Shown here: in pieces, positions 1-12,275 of the stretch
How positions within the stretch are numbered: position 1 is the first letter of the stretch
How the letters are laid out: every line of letters begins with the position of its first letter
Assembly: GCA_951406725.2 (NCBI GenBank)
Contig: OX597838.1
Span: 17,546,001-17,610,000, forward strand
Direction: 5' to 3'
Length of the DNA stretch: 64,000 nucleotides
DNA from: Octopus vulgaris
Taxonomy: Eukaryota
Translations under genes and position numbers: made by a program
Notes under the pieces: generated by a model
The model's database searches: none
Told to the model about the DNA's origin: nothing
Seen by the model: only the letters and a program-made list of their open reading frames with translations

Positions 1-1564
1 ATGTGACCATACCCAGACTTGTATTTATTTTACATAGTTAATTGTGAACAATAGCGCCGTTATTTATACTTTTCAAACCAGCTAGTGTGGACAATGGCGT
101 AGTTCGTTACTACATTATCGACAAGAAAGTCAATGGTTCACTGCATTATTGACAGTGAGAAAGTAGCAGAAAGCCATTCTTAGAATCATATTCATTCCCC
201 TAATGACAACATAGTTTGTTTATCTACACAACAATGACAATAGTTTATGTTACATTATTAGTTTCAATGCATGCTATTCCAACAAACTCCTTCATTGTTT
301 TATAACTCCCCAATGCCTCGATGTAAGCAAGACTTGTTTATCGTATATCCTTTTGATTTGGTTGTTTTATCCGTTTTGTGTGAGGTCTTGGCCCAACATC
401 TTATTTCAGATGCAGTTTTTATTTGATACGGATGTTTTGATTTTGTGCCTTACTTCAAGTTACCCAAAAGAGAAGAATTAGTCATCTCTGGCGTTTTCTC
501 ACATTTACTGCATGCCGTGTCTGCCTTACGAAATTATTCCGTTAAAGTGTCACACAAAAGGGGAAAATTAGAGAATCCTTTTCGAAGCTCCGTCGCTAAT
601 TTGTCCTTGTTCTTTGGCTCCGAATCAATCATAAGTCAACCGACTTATGATTGCAAGTATTCCAGCCGTGACCATCACGCTTATTTCGAAAGGATTTCTA
701 ATGTGCCCTTACTTTTTTCAGACATCGGAAGATGGTTTAAGTGGGATTTGAACGCACGACCTCGTAGATACTCCCTCGTGGATACTCACTCATTGACTCA
801 CCATTCCAGTCTTTCATTTTACCTCATCAGTTATTCCTAATCAAACTTCAAACTTGCCGTTGCCATATATTTACAATATAATGACCTTTTAGTTGTGATA
901 TATCGAGAAACATAGAGCATAGAAACATAGAGTTGTGATATATCGAGAAACTCCAGCATGGTATGGCCGTGCTTTTTAAACCGAAATAAAGAACAGATAT
1001 TTTTGAAATAGTACTGGTTCGATAACCCTTAAAATATTCGAAGCCAGAATAGTGTATTGTTTGAACCATGTTATCCAGTTATGTTTTAGCTGGATATACT
1101 TGTTTGACCTAATCGAGGATTTGTTTCTGGGATCACTCTTTGGCTATTTTGCCTAAAATTCCATTGAAGGTTTATTACTTTTAAAGATATTTTAAGCTTA
1201 CATATTTTCCCTGACGTTCTTCAGTTCGTCTTTACTAAACCATCTTACTATCTTTAGTAATTTTATTTTGTATGCATGGTCATTGATGTGTCTTCCTTCG
1301 GTTATAATTGTTTTTTATTTGATCTGTTCGGGTCTGTTTTATTATCAGCCTTTCATCCTTTCATTTTGCCGCAAAATCTTTCAATGACTTCTTAGAAATT
1401 CGATATAGTTTTAAAATTACAGCGAAAGATGTCTACTGATCTGTTTTTATCTATTTTTTCCATAAATATTTTGCTCTATATAGATTATTTATGTTTATTT
1501 TCTTATCATTTTATCCTGTTGACCTTAGTTTGAAGCTGTTTCATTTCTACTATCTGAGCTTTAT

Positions 1565-1566
<2 letters not shown>

Positions 1567-1660
<94 letters not shown>

Positions 1661-1675
1661 GTATATATATGTATA

Positions 1676-1724
<49 letters not shown>

Positions 1725-1823
1725 GTATATATATATATATATAGATAGATAGATAGATAGATATAGATACATGCATACATACATACATACATACATACAT
1801 ACATGCATACATACATACATACA
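1567..1823. repeat. Compound (TA)n/(GATA)n/(TACA)n microsatellite
   Basis: Directly visible. Confidence 0.95.
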
Positions 1824-2186
1824 TTTGTGTGTATGTGTGGGTATCTTCGTCTTTTTTTCACTTTCTTCAATTTCCTTTAAAATTATTTTACTTTGTGTAT
1901 ACTTCTGTTCACAATCATTGATCCTTGCTGTTTCCGTTCATCTGGTGTTGCTGCCTCTGTTCTCTGATCCCGGTCAGTTTCTTCTCCGAAGGAACCTGTG
2001 GACAGAGATAAGGTAAATATAACCGAGCGAAAAATAACAGCCAAGTTAGACCCGCTGCAATACTTAAATACAAGTAAAGAAAATGAAATTGAGTCTTTAG
2101 GTGGCAAGGAGAAAAAGAAAAAATATATGGAGACGAAGTTGTTAATTTTCCATTTTCTTTTTTTTTAGTGTTCATTATTTCTTAAT

Positions 2187-2551
2187 GGAGGCGCAATGGC
2201 CCAGTGGTTAGGGTAGCGGACTCACGGTCGTAGGATCGCAGTTTCGATTCCCAGACCGGGCATTGTGAGTGTTTATTGAGCGAAAACACCAAAAGCTTCA
2301 CAAGGCTCCTGCAGGGGGTGGTGAACCCTGCTGTACTCTTTCACCACAACTTTCTCTCACTCTTACTTCCTGTTTCTGTTGTACCTGTATTTCAAAGGGC
2401 CAGCCTTGTCACACTGAATCTCCTCGAGAACTACGTTTAAGGTACACGTGTCTGTGGAATGCTCAGCCACTTGCACGTTAACTCCACGAGCAAGCTGTTC
2501 CGTTGATCGTATCAGCTGGGACCCTCATCGTCGTAACCGACGGAGTGCTCC
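2187..2551 (+). mobile_element. tRNA-derived SINE family B (tail type 1)
   Basis: Head ggaggcgcaatggcccagtggttaggg..gtttcgattcc (Pol III A/B boxes); flanking repeat tttcttaat. Confidence 0.85.
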
Positions 2552-2729
2552 TATTACTATTTCTTAATAAATAGGATTTGAAATACCAACTCCAACTTAG
2601 TGTACTTTTTATAACGGGAATGGGTTGTCGAATTGAGCTAGTTGGATAACTACATGAAGGTACTCTTGTCTGTTATATTATATTTCAGTGGAGTTTGCCG
2701 TGCATACAGATATTGTTGTTGTTGCTGTT

Positions 2730-3093
2730 TGTTTGTTGGGCGAAGCGGTCTTCGTCCCAGTGGGAGAAGTCCGAAACGTGGTCCTTTGCTATTCGTAAGA
2801 CCCGCAGAAGAGAAAGCAGGTCAACCCCCGACACCGAGAGCATCGACGGATGGATGAATGCGCATCCAGGCTCAGCGGTTGCGTAGGAAGTCGGGGACAA
2901 GAAACAGAAAGAAAGAGTGAGAGAAAGTTGGAGCGAAAGAGTACAACAGGGGTCGCCACCACCCCCTGCCGGAACCTCGAGAAGCTTTAGGTGTTTTCGC
3001 TCAATAAACACACACAACGCCCGGTCCGGGAATCGAAACCGCGATCCTCCAACCGCGAGTCCGCTGCCCTAACCACTGGGCCATTGCACCTCC
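2730..3093 (-). mobile_element. SINE family B (tail type 2)
   Basis: Reverse-complemented family B head (..aaccactgggccattgcacctcc) joined to a tail unrelated to that of the 2187 copy. Confidence 0.8.
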
Positions 3094-3199
3094 AATTGTT
3101 GTTGCTGTTGTTTTAGCTACCAAATTAGTATAGTCAATAGGTCTATGTTCAAATCCTACCAAGGTCAAACTTAGCTTTATTCTTTCGAGATCGATTAAA

Positions 3200-4062
3200 A
3201 TGTCTAGGTGAGTGGAAATGTGTCAAGCAGGATGCCATGTGCTATCCGCTTCTTGGTAACTTTAGTGGAGTTTTACTCTGCTACAAGCATTTGGAGGAGG
3301 TTTCAGGATGACTTCTACACTGCTCGTGGACGTCGACTCCAACTCGAGAGCAACTTTCCTTCCAGGCTGTGCAAGAAGACTTTGCGTGAGTCAACTATAA
3401 CAGTGCACAGTCCTGTGTCTCGCAAAAACTTCACGGGTATAAGTCATGCTGGCCTAACTAGCAGGCTTGAATGTCCCCACGGAGTTCTAGAAAAACAGCG
3501 CAATGGCAGGTTGATCTGTTCGACTAAGACAGTAACCAGTGAATTTTAGCCGTCTTTGGCTAATTATCTGGCTAACGAGCGGTAAAGACCCATATAGTGA
3601 TTTCTTTGACACATGATCTGCATAAGAAATGTCAAAGGCCTTGTGTAGAAATCGAGTGTATGTGCCGTCTGGTGATCAATATTGGATCAGTATAAACGGC
3701 CAGCGTTCAGAGCCGTTGAGTTGAACAAATTCTACTGCAGTACGAAACAGGCGTAGTTTTAGGTCACAGGACAGTTGTGGTGCTTTCCAAGTTTCCCATA
3801 GCTTTCTAGATGCTAACCATGTTATCACTTTACGAGTGTTAACATCTGTTCCGGTGCTGGTAGAGCAAATGCATGAGCCCTTGTAGTAGAAATTGTCAAC
3901 TGATCCAATGGATTCGATGAAAGCGTAAGATCGCCTACACCAGCATTTTCACCTATGATTATGATCCTTGTCTTCGAGCAGTTTATTGAGAGACTAACTT
4001 CAATGGCAGCCGACGTCAGGTGTGTGATGAGAGTTTGAACATTTTGTGACTGTATGTAAGAC
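3200..4062 (-). mobile_element. Decayed non-LTR retrotransposon (RTE/RTE-X-like), RT C-terminal part
   Basis: Minus-strand translation gives ..VQTLITHLTSAAIEVSLSINCSKT.., LKLRLFRTAVE..NGSERW and DGTYTRFLHKAFDISYADHVS..LYG, typical of post-YADD RT/thumb regions. Left boundary approximate. Confidence 0.7.
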
Positions 4063-4067
4063 GAGTG

Positions 4068-4492
4068 CTCAACCAGAATTTTCAATAGTGTCATGCTCAG
4101 TCGTATTCGAGATTATATCGAACCACTACTCAGATCAAACCAACACAACTTTCACAAAGGCCGCTCCACTCTTGGGCCTCTTTTAACTCTTCCCCAACTC
4201 ATTGAAAGCATCTCAGCAAAGAAAGAGGTGTCAGTGTGCGCTGTCTTTGTGGATTTCGCCGAAGCTTTTGACTCTGTCCACCGTGAGCGAATGCCCCATA
4301 TTCTTTTTGTTTATAGTATACCAAATTAAGCTGTAAATGCAATCCGCTCCATCTATGCAGAGCGCAAAAGTTTCGTATGAGACACCGACACATTCCCAGT
4401 CAAAGCAGGAGTCTTCTAAGATGACACCTTATCTCCTTTCCTTTTCATTATAATCTTGGATTACATACTACGCCACGCTGTGGTATCTGAAC
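4068..4492 (+). mobile_element. Decayed LINE RT segment (earlier RT domains), inverted relative to 3200-4062
   Basis: MLSRIRDYIEPLLRSNQHNFHKGRST..AVFVDFAEAFDSVHR..KAGV-x-x-D-T-LSPFLFIIILDYILR, with in-frame stops. Confidence 0.8.
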
Positions 4493-4496
4493 CAAA

Positions 4497-5490
4497 AAGG
4501 CGGCGAGCTGGCAGAAACGTTAGCACGCCGGGCGAAATGCTCAGCGGTATTTCGTCTGCCGCTACGTTCTGAGTTCAAATTCCGCCGAGGTCGACTTTGC
4601 CTTTCATCCTTTCGGGGTCGATTAAATAAGTACCAGTTACGCACTGGGGTCAATATAATCGACTTAATCCGTTTGTCTGTCCTTGTTTGTCCTCTCTGTG
4701 TTTAGCCCCTTGTGGGTAGTAAAGAAATAGAAATAGGTATTTCGTCTGCCGCTACGTTCTGAGTTCAAATTCCGCCGAGGTCGACTTTGCCTTTCATCCT
4801 TTCGGGGTCGATTAAATAAGTACCAGTTACGCACTGGGGTCAATATAATCGACTTAATCCGTTTGTCTGTCCTTGTTTGTCCTCTCTGTGTTTAGCCCCT
4901 TGTGGGTAGTAAAGAAATAGAAATAGGTATTTCGTCTGCCGCTACGTTCTGAGTTCAAATTCCGCCGAGGTCGACTTTGCCTTTCATCCTTTCGGGGTCG
5001 ATTAAATAAGTACCAGTTACGTACTGGGGTCAATATAATCGACTTAATCCGTTTGTCTGTCCTTGCTTGTCCTCTCTGTGTTTAGCCCCTTGTGGGTAGT
5101 AAAGAAATAGAAATAGGTATTTCGTCTGCCGCTACGTTCTGAGTTCAAATTCCGCCGAGGTCGACTTTGCCTTTCATCCTTTCGGGGTCGATTAAATAAG
5201 TACCAGTTACGCACTGGGGTCAATATAATCGACTTAATCCGTTTGTCTGTCCTTGTTTGTCCTCTCTGTGTTTAGCCCCTTGTGGGTAGTAAAGAAATAG
5301 AAATAGGTATTTCGTCTGCCGCTACGTTCTGAGTTCAAATTCCGCCGAGGTCGACTTTGCCTTTCATCCTTTCGGGGTCGATTAAATAAGTACCAGTTAC
5401 GCACTGGGGTCAATATAATCGACTTAATCCGTTTGTCTGTCCTTGTTTGTCCTCTCTGTGTTTAGCCCTTTGTGGGCAATAAAGAAATAA
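4497..5490 (+). mobile_element. SINE family A multimer: one headed copy plus four headless 190-bp units (5 units in total)
   Basis: Units start with ggtatttcgtctgcc at 4546, 4736, 4926, 5116 and 5306. tRNA-like head ggcggcgagctggcagaaacgttagc; Meta-type core gcctttcatcctttcggggtcga..aagtaccag; TSD gtatctgaac at 4483-4492 and 5491-5500. Confidence 0.9.
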
Positions 5491-5603
5491 GTATCTGAAC
5501 TAAGCATAACTCTCTCTGCTTGACAAGATTCACATTATTATTATTATTATCATTATTATTATTATTATTATTATTACTATTATCATCATAATCATCATCA
5601 TCA

Positions 5604-5635
<32 letters not shown>

Positions 5636-5689
5636 TGCTAAACTTTTAACTGAGAGTTATCCTGAAGTTTGGTGATAGCCAGCTCTTCA

Positions 5690-7600
5690 AAGCTCAAGAA
5701 TTTTCGTTAGGATTCTTGTAGAATACTGGATGGAACTTTTCTGCAAGTTCAGCCCCTAGGTAGTAGGTGGAGCTTGTTTCGAGGACACCAATTACCACAG
5801 GTTCAAGTTTCAGTCTTGTGTTTCTTAACTTTGGTCGGCTTCGTTAATATCCATTCTACTATCATCTGAGAATGTAAACTCAATGATCTTATAATGCTGT
5901 GAATTTTGTGTTCCAAGAATACAAAAACTCTGTGGCTGCTGGTCTCTTTGAAGCAGTTTCTATGGCCTTTGGCTCGTATTGATATCGCTTTTCCGTCCCT
6001 TTGAATTTATAAACGTAATTAAGACTTCGGTGTACTTTTATATTGACGCTACTATGTCTGTGTTTATTTTGTTTTTATACTAGTTTATTGCACTCACTTT
6101 TTACATTCACTTTTTTTCTACGTATTCTGCGTTTGCTGTCAGACTAAATTTTATCAATTTTCATCGCTATCAAATTCGCTCTAATAGCATTCCACTGAGG
6201 GGCTACGAGGGTCTCGTACAATTAACAAGTCAGTTTCTCTTTTCAGGTTTCCATCTCTCAATTATAATCAATAATCTTCATTGCCAACTTTCTCTACCAT
6301 GTAAATTGGTCATATCACTCTTTCTCTTTCGAGTTATTTGTTCTGCAGTTTTTTTCCATCCTTGAAATCTTTCAGTTTCAGTAACTTCTTCCATATTTCA
6401 TGTTGCAGATTTCAGCTTTTCGTCACTGTCCACTTCATCATTTTTCCAAACTCAAAATTGTGGAATTAAATTTTTTTTTTTTAATATTTAACAAACTTCT
6501 ACTTTCATCCCTCTTCAGTAAGGACTCACCAAGGTCGACTTTGTCTTTCATCCTTCTAGGATCTATAAATTATGTACTAGTTGAGCACTTGGATCGATAT
6601 AAACGACTGGGCCCTCCCCAAAAATTTTAGGACTTGTGCCTATAGTAGAAAGAACATTATCATTAAGGTTCTGCGCATTTTCACGGTATGCAGATTCCTA
6701 ATTCTTCTATTTCTTTCTTATAATTCTCTCTTCTCTGTCCACTTTAAAAAATGGGTTGCTTAGAGTCCTAACACTGGCATTGCCTGGTTGTTAGTTCCCT
6801 TGACGATATTACCTACCTTTAGTTTTGTTTCAAGCCCTTTTTTAATCCTTATTTTTCACTCTTTAGCGATTCTCACAGTTCCGTTTCCATAATTTTATCA
6901 TTAAGCGCGATCCCTTGATGCTTTGTATAATCTTGTGGCATATTTAACCCATCAATTTTAAACTTTTGACTCCACTTCGTAATAAGTGCCGTACATGTGT
7001 TCATCCAAAGCCTGCATACCAATATCCTTGCTACATATTTCTACCGTTTAAGAAAATCAAAAAACTTTTACATTTCAGACATAATTTCAGGCCACTCAAA
7101 TACAGCAGACGATTTAGTTTCAGTACGTTCTAAGCAAATTCAATCAATATTACGTTTTCCCAGTATGTTAATCGAAGGAATCAATGTAATCCCGAAAAGC
7201 ACTAGAGACAGTGAGTCACCCTGTAATATTACCCTCCGGATTTTCACATTTCCCAATAATTCGGTTCCGTAGTTTAGTTCCACTTCGTACGATTTCATCT
7301 CTTTCCCACCTTTCCCTAAAATAAATACAGCTGTTAAGATTCCCATGAGTCTCAAGAGTTTTCATACTTTCCAAAATTCGATAGCGTGATATCTTATCGT
7401 ATGTTTTCTTGAAGTCTGTCCAATTCAACAAGTTACTCTTCTTTATGAACACTTAGTAATATTCCACCTTGATTTCATTCAGCACCCGATTTTCTCCTTC
7501 TCTTATCTCACTTAATTTGCCAAACAAAGATTAGCATATAAATAGATCAATAATCACTGACTTTCCCTCCATTACTTTTATCTTCTTCTACGAACAGAGC
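5690..7600 (-). mobile_element. Highly decayed R4/Dong-like (restriction-like endonuclease) non-LTR retrotransposon
   Basis: Minus-strand peptides NLLNWTDFKKTYDKISRYRILESM and GNVKIRRVILQGDSLSLVLFGITLIP, plus a PVVIG motif near the 3' end. Boundaries approximate. Confidence 0.6.
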
Positions 7601-7734
7601 TCTTCTTTTGTCACCCGTGTTGGTGCGCCATTATTTCAGTGTTATATATGACTGTGCATGCCCGTTAGATTTTTTTGAAGCCAGAATTCCTGAAGAACCA
7701 TTTATAAGAGATTTCCATTGTTTATTTATCTTTT

Positions 7735-7979
7735 ACTTTTTACTTGATTCAGTCATTAGACTACGACCAAGCTGGAGCACTGCCTCGAGTAATTTTTTAG
7801 TTGAATAAACCGACCCCATCACTAAATTTTTTAAAAGTCTGATACTCATTCTATCGGTCTCTTTATCCGAACCATTCAGTTACGGGGACGCAAACATACC
7901 GGTTGTCAAGTGGTGGTTTGGGTTCGAATACAGACACAAAAACACACACGTAGACATATATACATATATATATATATAT

Positions 7980-8039
<60 letters not shown>

Positions 8040-8182
8040 ATAAACGAAGGGCTTGCTTCAGTTTTCGTCTACCAAATCTACTCACAAGGCTTTGGTCGGC
8101 CTGAGGCTTTGGAAGAAGACACTTGCCCAAGGCGCCACAGAACAGAGTAGGACTGAACCGGAAACCGTGTGGTTGGGAAGCA
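7735..8182 (-). mobile_element. SINE family C (degenerate), with internal (TA)/(GATA) tract
   Basis: Reverse-complement homology to 9853-10264. Confidence 0.75.
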
Positions 8183-8305
8183 CCTGTGTTCATTGTTTTA
8201 TTAAAATGAATGTGTTTTCATCGGAAGCATGCTTTGCTTCGGAAGATTACATTCTGAGCTCAATACCATCGGCATTGATTTTAATATATTATCATATCGA
8301 AGTCA

Positions 8306-8730
8306 TTATTTTGTCTGCCGTTACGTTCTGAGTTCGAATTCCGCCGAGGTCGACTTTGCCTTTCATCCTTTCGTGGTCGATTAAATAAGTACCTATTTCC
8401 TTACTATCCACAAGGGGCCAAACACAGAGGGGACAAACAAGGACAGACAAACGGATCAAGTCGATTATATTGACCCCAGTGCGTAACTGGTACTTAATTT
8501 ATCGACCCCTAAAGGATGAAAGGCAAAGTTGACCTCGGCGGAATTTGAACTCAGAACGTAGCGACAGACGAAATACCGCTAAGCATTTCGTCCGGCGTGC
8601 TAACGTTTCTGCCAGCTCGTCGATTAAATAAGTACCAGTTACGCACTGGGGTCGATATAATCGACTTAATCCGTTTGTCTGTCCTTGTTTGTTCACTCTG
8701 TGTTTAGCCCCTTGTGGGTAGTAAAGAAAT
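8306..8730. mobile_element. Nested SINE family A: a minus-strand copy (8394-8619) inserted into a headless plus-strand copy
   Basis: Inner TSD tcgattaaataagtacc (8377-8393 and 8620-8636); outer TSD atatattatcatatcgaagtca (8284-8305 and 8731-8752). Confidence 0.85.
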
Positions 8731-8971
8731 ATATATTATCATATCGAAGTCAGAAACTAGTTTTTCATATAAACGACAACTCCTTCCCTTTCCCAATTCT
8801 TGTTATCACAATCTGTCCCTACGAGACTATTATAAAAATGATTTTTACTGAATTATACTGATATGAATTGTATTGATATTCTCTGTCTGATAAGGACAAC
8901 TTACTAAACAACATTATTTACATTTCTGATAATACATCTCTCTTCTACAATTATTGTATTTCTCACTGTTA

Positions 8972-9603
8972 TTGGGTTGTCCGGAAAGTTCGTGCCGATT
9001 TATAGTAGCTTACATTTCGACTTATTTTAGAACATGGTTGAGTTCATAAAATAGGATTTGACTACACCTCCATTTAGAGCACAGTTTAAGCTATCTTTTC
9101 GTGGAAGAAGATTTATGTTCCTATAACCTGTGTTAATTCTGTAACCCTTTAAAATGGAAGATAAGAAAGTTCATTTTCGGCAGTTGATGCTTTGGGAACC
9201 AGACAGAAATTGCTGCAGCTCGGCTGGGATGTGTTACCCCACCTTCCATTTTCACCAGATATTGCTCCTTAAGATTTTGGGGGTAAAAACACAGACACAC
9301 AAATGTATACACACATACGTATATATATATATACATATATACGACGGGCTTCTTTCAGTTTCCGTCTACCAAATCAAGTCACAAGTTTCAATTCGTTGGA
9401 TGACGTAAAAAAATACCTTGATGAATTCTTTGCCATGAAACCACCTCATTTCTGGGAAGAGGGTATTTTCAAGTTAAAGGAAAGACGGAGACGCATTGTG
9501 CAACAAAATGGTTCATATTTGGTTGATTAAAAATGTAATGGCAAGTATTTATTGACCTTTTTCTTTCCTTTATAAATCGGCATGAACTTTCCGGACAACC
9601 CAA
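8972..9603 (+). mobile_element. Internally deleted mariner (Tc1/mariner, mellifera-like) transposon
   Basis: About 30-bp TIRs ttgggttgtccggaaagttcgtgccgattt / aaatcggcatgaactttccggacaacccaa flanked by TA. Transposase remnants MEDKKVHFRQLMLWE, RQKLLQLGWDVLPHLPFSPDIAP and FFAMKPPHFWEEGIFKLKER..QQNGSYLVD. Confidence 0.92.
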
Positions 9604-9852
9604 TACTTTGCTGACATTATCAGTTAAATACCTTCTATTATTGTTGTATCTCCGTGTACTTTCCACGGCATAATTATTTGGAAATCAAATCACAAATTAT
9701 TTCGACAGAATTTTCACAATAAATGAAGTTTGTAAATCATGAAAAGAGATGTGTTCAAGAGATGGTTCCCTTTACGAAACTCACCTCTACTAACTGCTCT
9801 ACCTCTGCGTAAACTCATCTTTGACGTACTCTATTTAAAGTACACAAACATA

Positions 9853-10264
9853 GGCGCAGGAGTGGCTGTGTGGTAAGTAGCTTGCTAACCAACCACATGG
9901 TTCCGGGTTCAGCCCCACTGCGTGGCATCTTGGGCAAGTGTCTTCTGCTATAGCCCCGGGCCGACCAATGCCTTGTGAGTGGATTTGGTAGACGGAAACT
10001 GAAAGAAGCCCGTCGTATATATCTATATGTATATATGTATGTGTGTGTTTGTGTGTCTGTGTTTGTCCCCCTAGCATTGCTTGACAACCGATGCTGGTGT
10101 GTTTACGTCCCGTCACTTAGCGGTTCGGCAAAAGGGACCGATAGAATAAGTACTGGGCTTACAAAGAATAAGTCCCGGGGTCGATTTGCTCGAGTAAAGG
10201 CGGTGCTCCAGCATGGCCGCAGTCAAATGACTGAAACAAGTAAAAGAGTAAAAGAGTAAAGAGT
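9853..10264 (+). mobile_element. tRNA-derived SINE family C (CORE-like ttgggcaagt motif, internal TA/TG microsatellite, (aagagta)n tail)
   Basis: Head ggcgcaggagtggctgtgtggtaag..gggttcag; many homologs in the window. Confidence 0.85.
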
Positions 10265-10405
10265 ATATTTCCGGTGAAAAACCCTGCGTAACCTTTTCAA
10301 CACGGCAAGCAATTTATTCTGAATAATAACAGTTCATGCTCACTAATTGTTTACACAGTCTATCATTTAATCAATATCCACTAATCACCAATACAAGGCG
10401 ACACT

Positions 10406-10789
10406 GGGAAGCACTCTGTCGGTTACGACGACGAGGGTCCCGGTTGATCCGAATCAACGGAACGGCCTCCTCGTGAAATTAACGTGTAAGTGGCTGAGCA
10501 CTCCACAGACACGCATACCCTTATCGTAGTTCTCGGGGATATTCAGCGTGACACAAGAGAGTGACAAGGCCGGCCCTTTGAAATACATGTACAACAGAAA
10601 CAGGAAGTAAGAGTGAGAGAAAGTTGTGGTGAAAGAGTACAGCAGGGATCACCACCATCCCCTGCCGGAGCCTCGTGGAGCTTTAGGTGTTTTCGCTCAA
10701 TAAACACTCACAACGCCCGGTCTGGGAATCGAAACCGCGATCCTATGACCGCGAGTCCGCTGCCCTAACCACTGGGCCATTGCGCCTCC
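10406..10789 (-). mobile_element. SINE family B (tail type 1)
   Basis: Full-length reverse-complement homolog of 2187-2551; flanking acaa(g/a)gcgacact repeat. Confidence 0.85.
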
Positions 10790-11237
10790 ACAAAGCGACA
10801 CTATCGTACACTCGCTAACGAAGACGGCAAACTGGCCTAGTAGTTAGAGAGTCGGATAGATATTTTGCGGTCATATTTCTGGCTCTCTCGACTCTAAGAT
10901 CATATCACATTGAGATCAACTTCGCATTTCACCCCTTCTGCTTCGATAAAAAAAAAGATCGATTCTTCCTTTATTTCATTCTTTCTTTCTGTCTGTCTCT
11001 GTGTCTCTGTTTCTAGAATAATTCGGCCTGATATAGGACTGGAAGAGAAATAGGCTCCACGAGACCAAAAATTTCCTAAGGCACCTTGTATGGCAGAAAA
11101 GCCTCAGGGAATATAGAGGGCCTCTAAGATATCATTATGAAGGCAAGGGCACAAAGCAAAGCAAGACTCACTAATTGAAAATACAAAGCATCACAACTTT
11201 ATAATTACTAACATGGATATCATCAACATCTCATACA

Positions 11238-11659
11238 TTTTACTCTTTTACTCTTTTACTTGTTTCAGTCATTTGACTGCGGCCATGCTGGAGCACCGCA
11301 TTTAGTCGAGCAAATCGACCCCGGGACTTATTCTTTGTAAACCTATTACTTATTCTATAGGTCTCTTTTGCCGAAACGCTAAGTTACGGACGTAAACACA
11401 CTAGCATCGGTTCTCAAGCGATGTTGGGGGTACAAACACAGACACACAAATGTATACACACATACGTATATATATATATATATATATACATATATACGAC
11501 GGGCTTCTTTCAGTTTCCGTCTACCAAATCCACTCACAAGGCTTTGGTCGACCCGAAGCTATAGTAGAAGACACTTGCCCAAGGTTTCACGCAGTGGGGC
11601 TAAACCCAGAACCATGTGGTTGGTAAGCAAGCTACTCACCACACAGCCACTCCTGCGCC
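11238..11659 (-). mobile_element. SINE family C
   Basis: Full-length reverse-complement copy of 9853-10264. Confidence 0.85.
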
Positions 11660-11669
11660 ATATTCAATA

Positions 11670-12033
11670 TCTCTCTATATATAAACGGCAGTTTGTCTGT
11701 GTGTGTTTCTGTGTGTCTGTCAGGTTGTACCCTCACCCTGACCACGGCTTTCAACCGATTCTGATGAAACTTGACACACACATAGCCCAATGTCATAATT
11801 CAAAACTAACGCAGCGAAAATTTTGAAAAGTTCCCCCAGTTCTGAAAAAATCGATAAATTCGACATGGGGTCAACAATCAGAAACACAAACCACAGACTG
11901 TCTAGATGACGCAACTCGACCTTTTTAACTAAAAAAAAATTACCATAATTTTTTTCCATTTTTTGGCTATAACTCTCTAAAAATGCTTTATAGTTATTTC
12001 ACAAACCCGAGCAACGCCGGGCAATACTGCTAG
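11670..12033 (+). mobile_element. Non-autonomous Helitron
   Basis: A|TC 5' end; 3' hairpin cccgagcaacgccggg followed by CTAG|T; no TSD. Confidence 0.8.
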
Positions 12034-12046
12034 TTTACTTATAAAT

Positions 12047-12275
12047 AAGGCGACGAACAGGCAGAATCGTTACCGCGACAGGCAAAGCGCTTAGCGGTAT
12101 TTCGTCCGTTTTTACGTTCTGAGTTCAAATCCCGTAAACGTCGACTTTGCCCCTTTTATCCCTTTCGGGTCGATAAAATAAATACCAGTTGAGCACTGGG
12201 TGGGGGTGGGAGGTCAATGTAATAGACTTACCCCCTCCTTCGAACTGACCGGCCTTGTACCAAAATTTTAAACCA
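12047..12275 (+). mobile_element. SINE family A-related, older subfamily
   Basis: ggcagaatcgtt..gagttcaaat..gtcgactttgcc..taccagttgagcactggg, with a different 3' tail. Confidence 0.7.

Noticed and set aside
445-840. 131-aa ORF
   Set aside because: Non-ATG start, no recognisable motif and no splice context.
2187-2260. tRNA gene
   Set aside because: The tRNA-like sequence is a SINE head continuing into a repeat body present in many copies.
4546-5490. Regular tandem array superficially like a CRISPR array or satellite
   Set aside because: No unique spacers; the units are SINE bodies, and the context is eukaryotic.
11761-11770. CTGATGAAAC as a hammerhead core
   Set aside because: No stem II or stem I; part of the Helitron interior.
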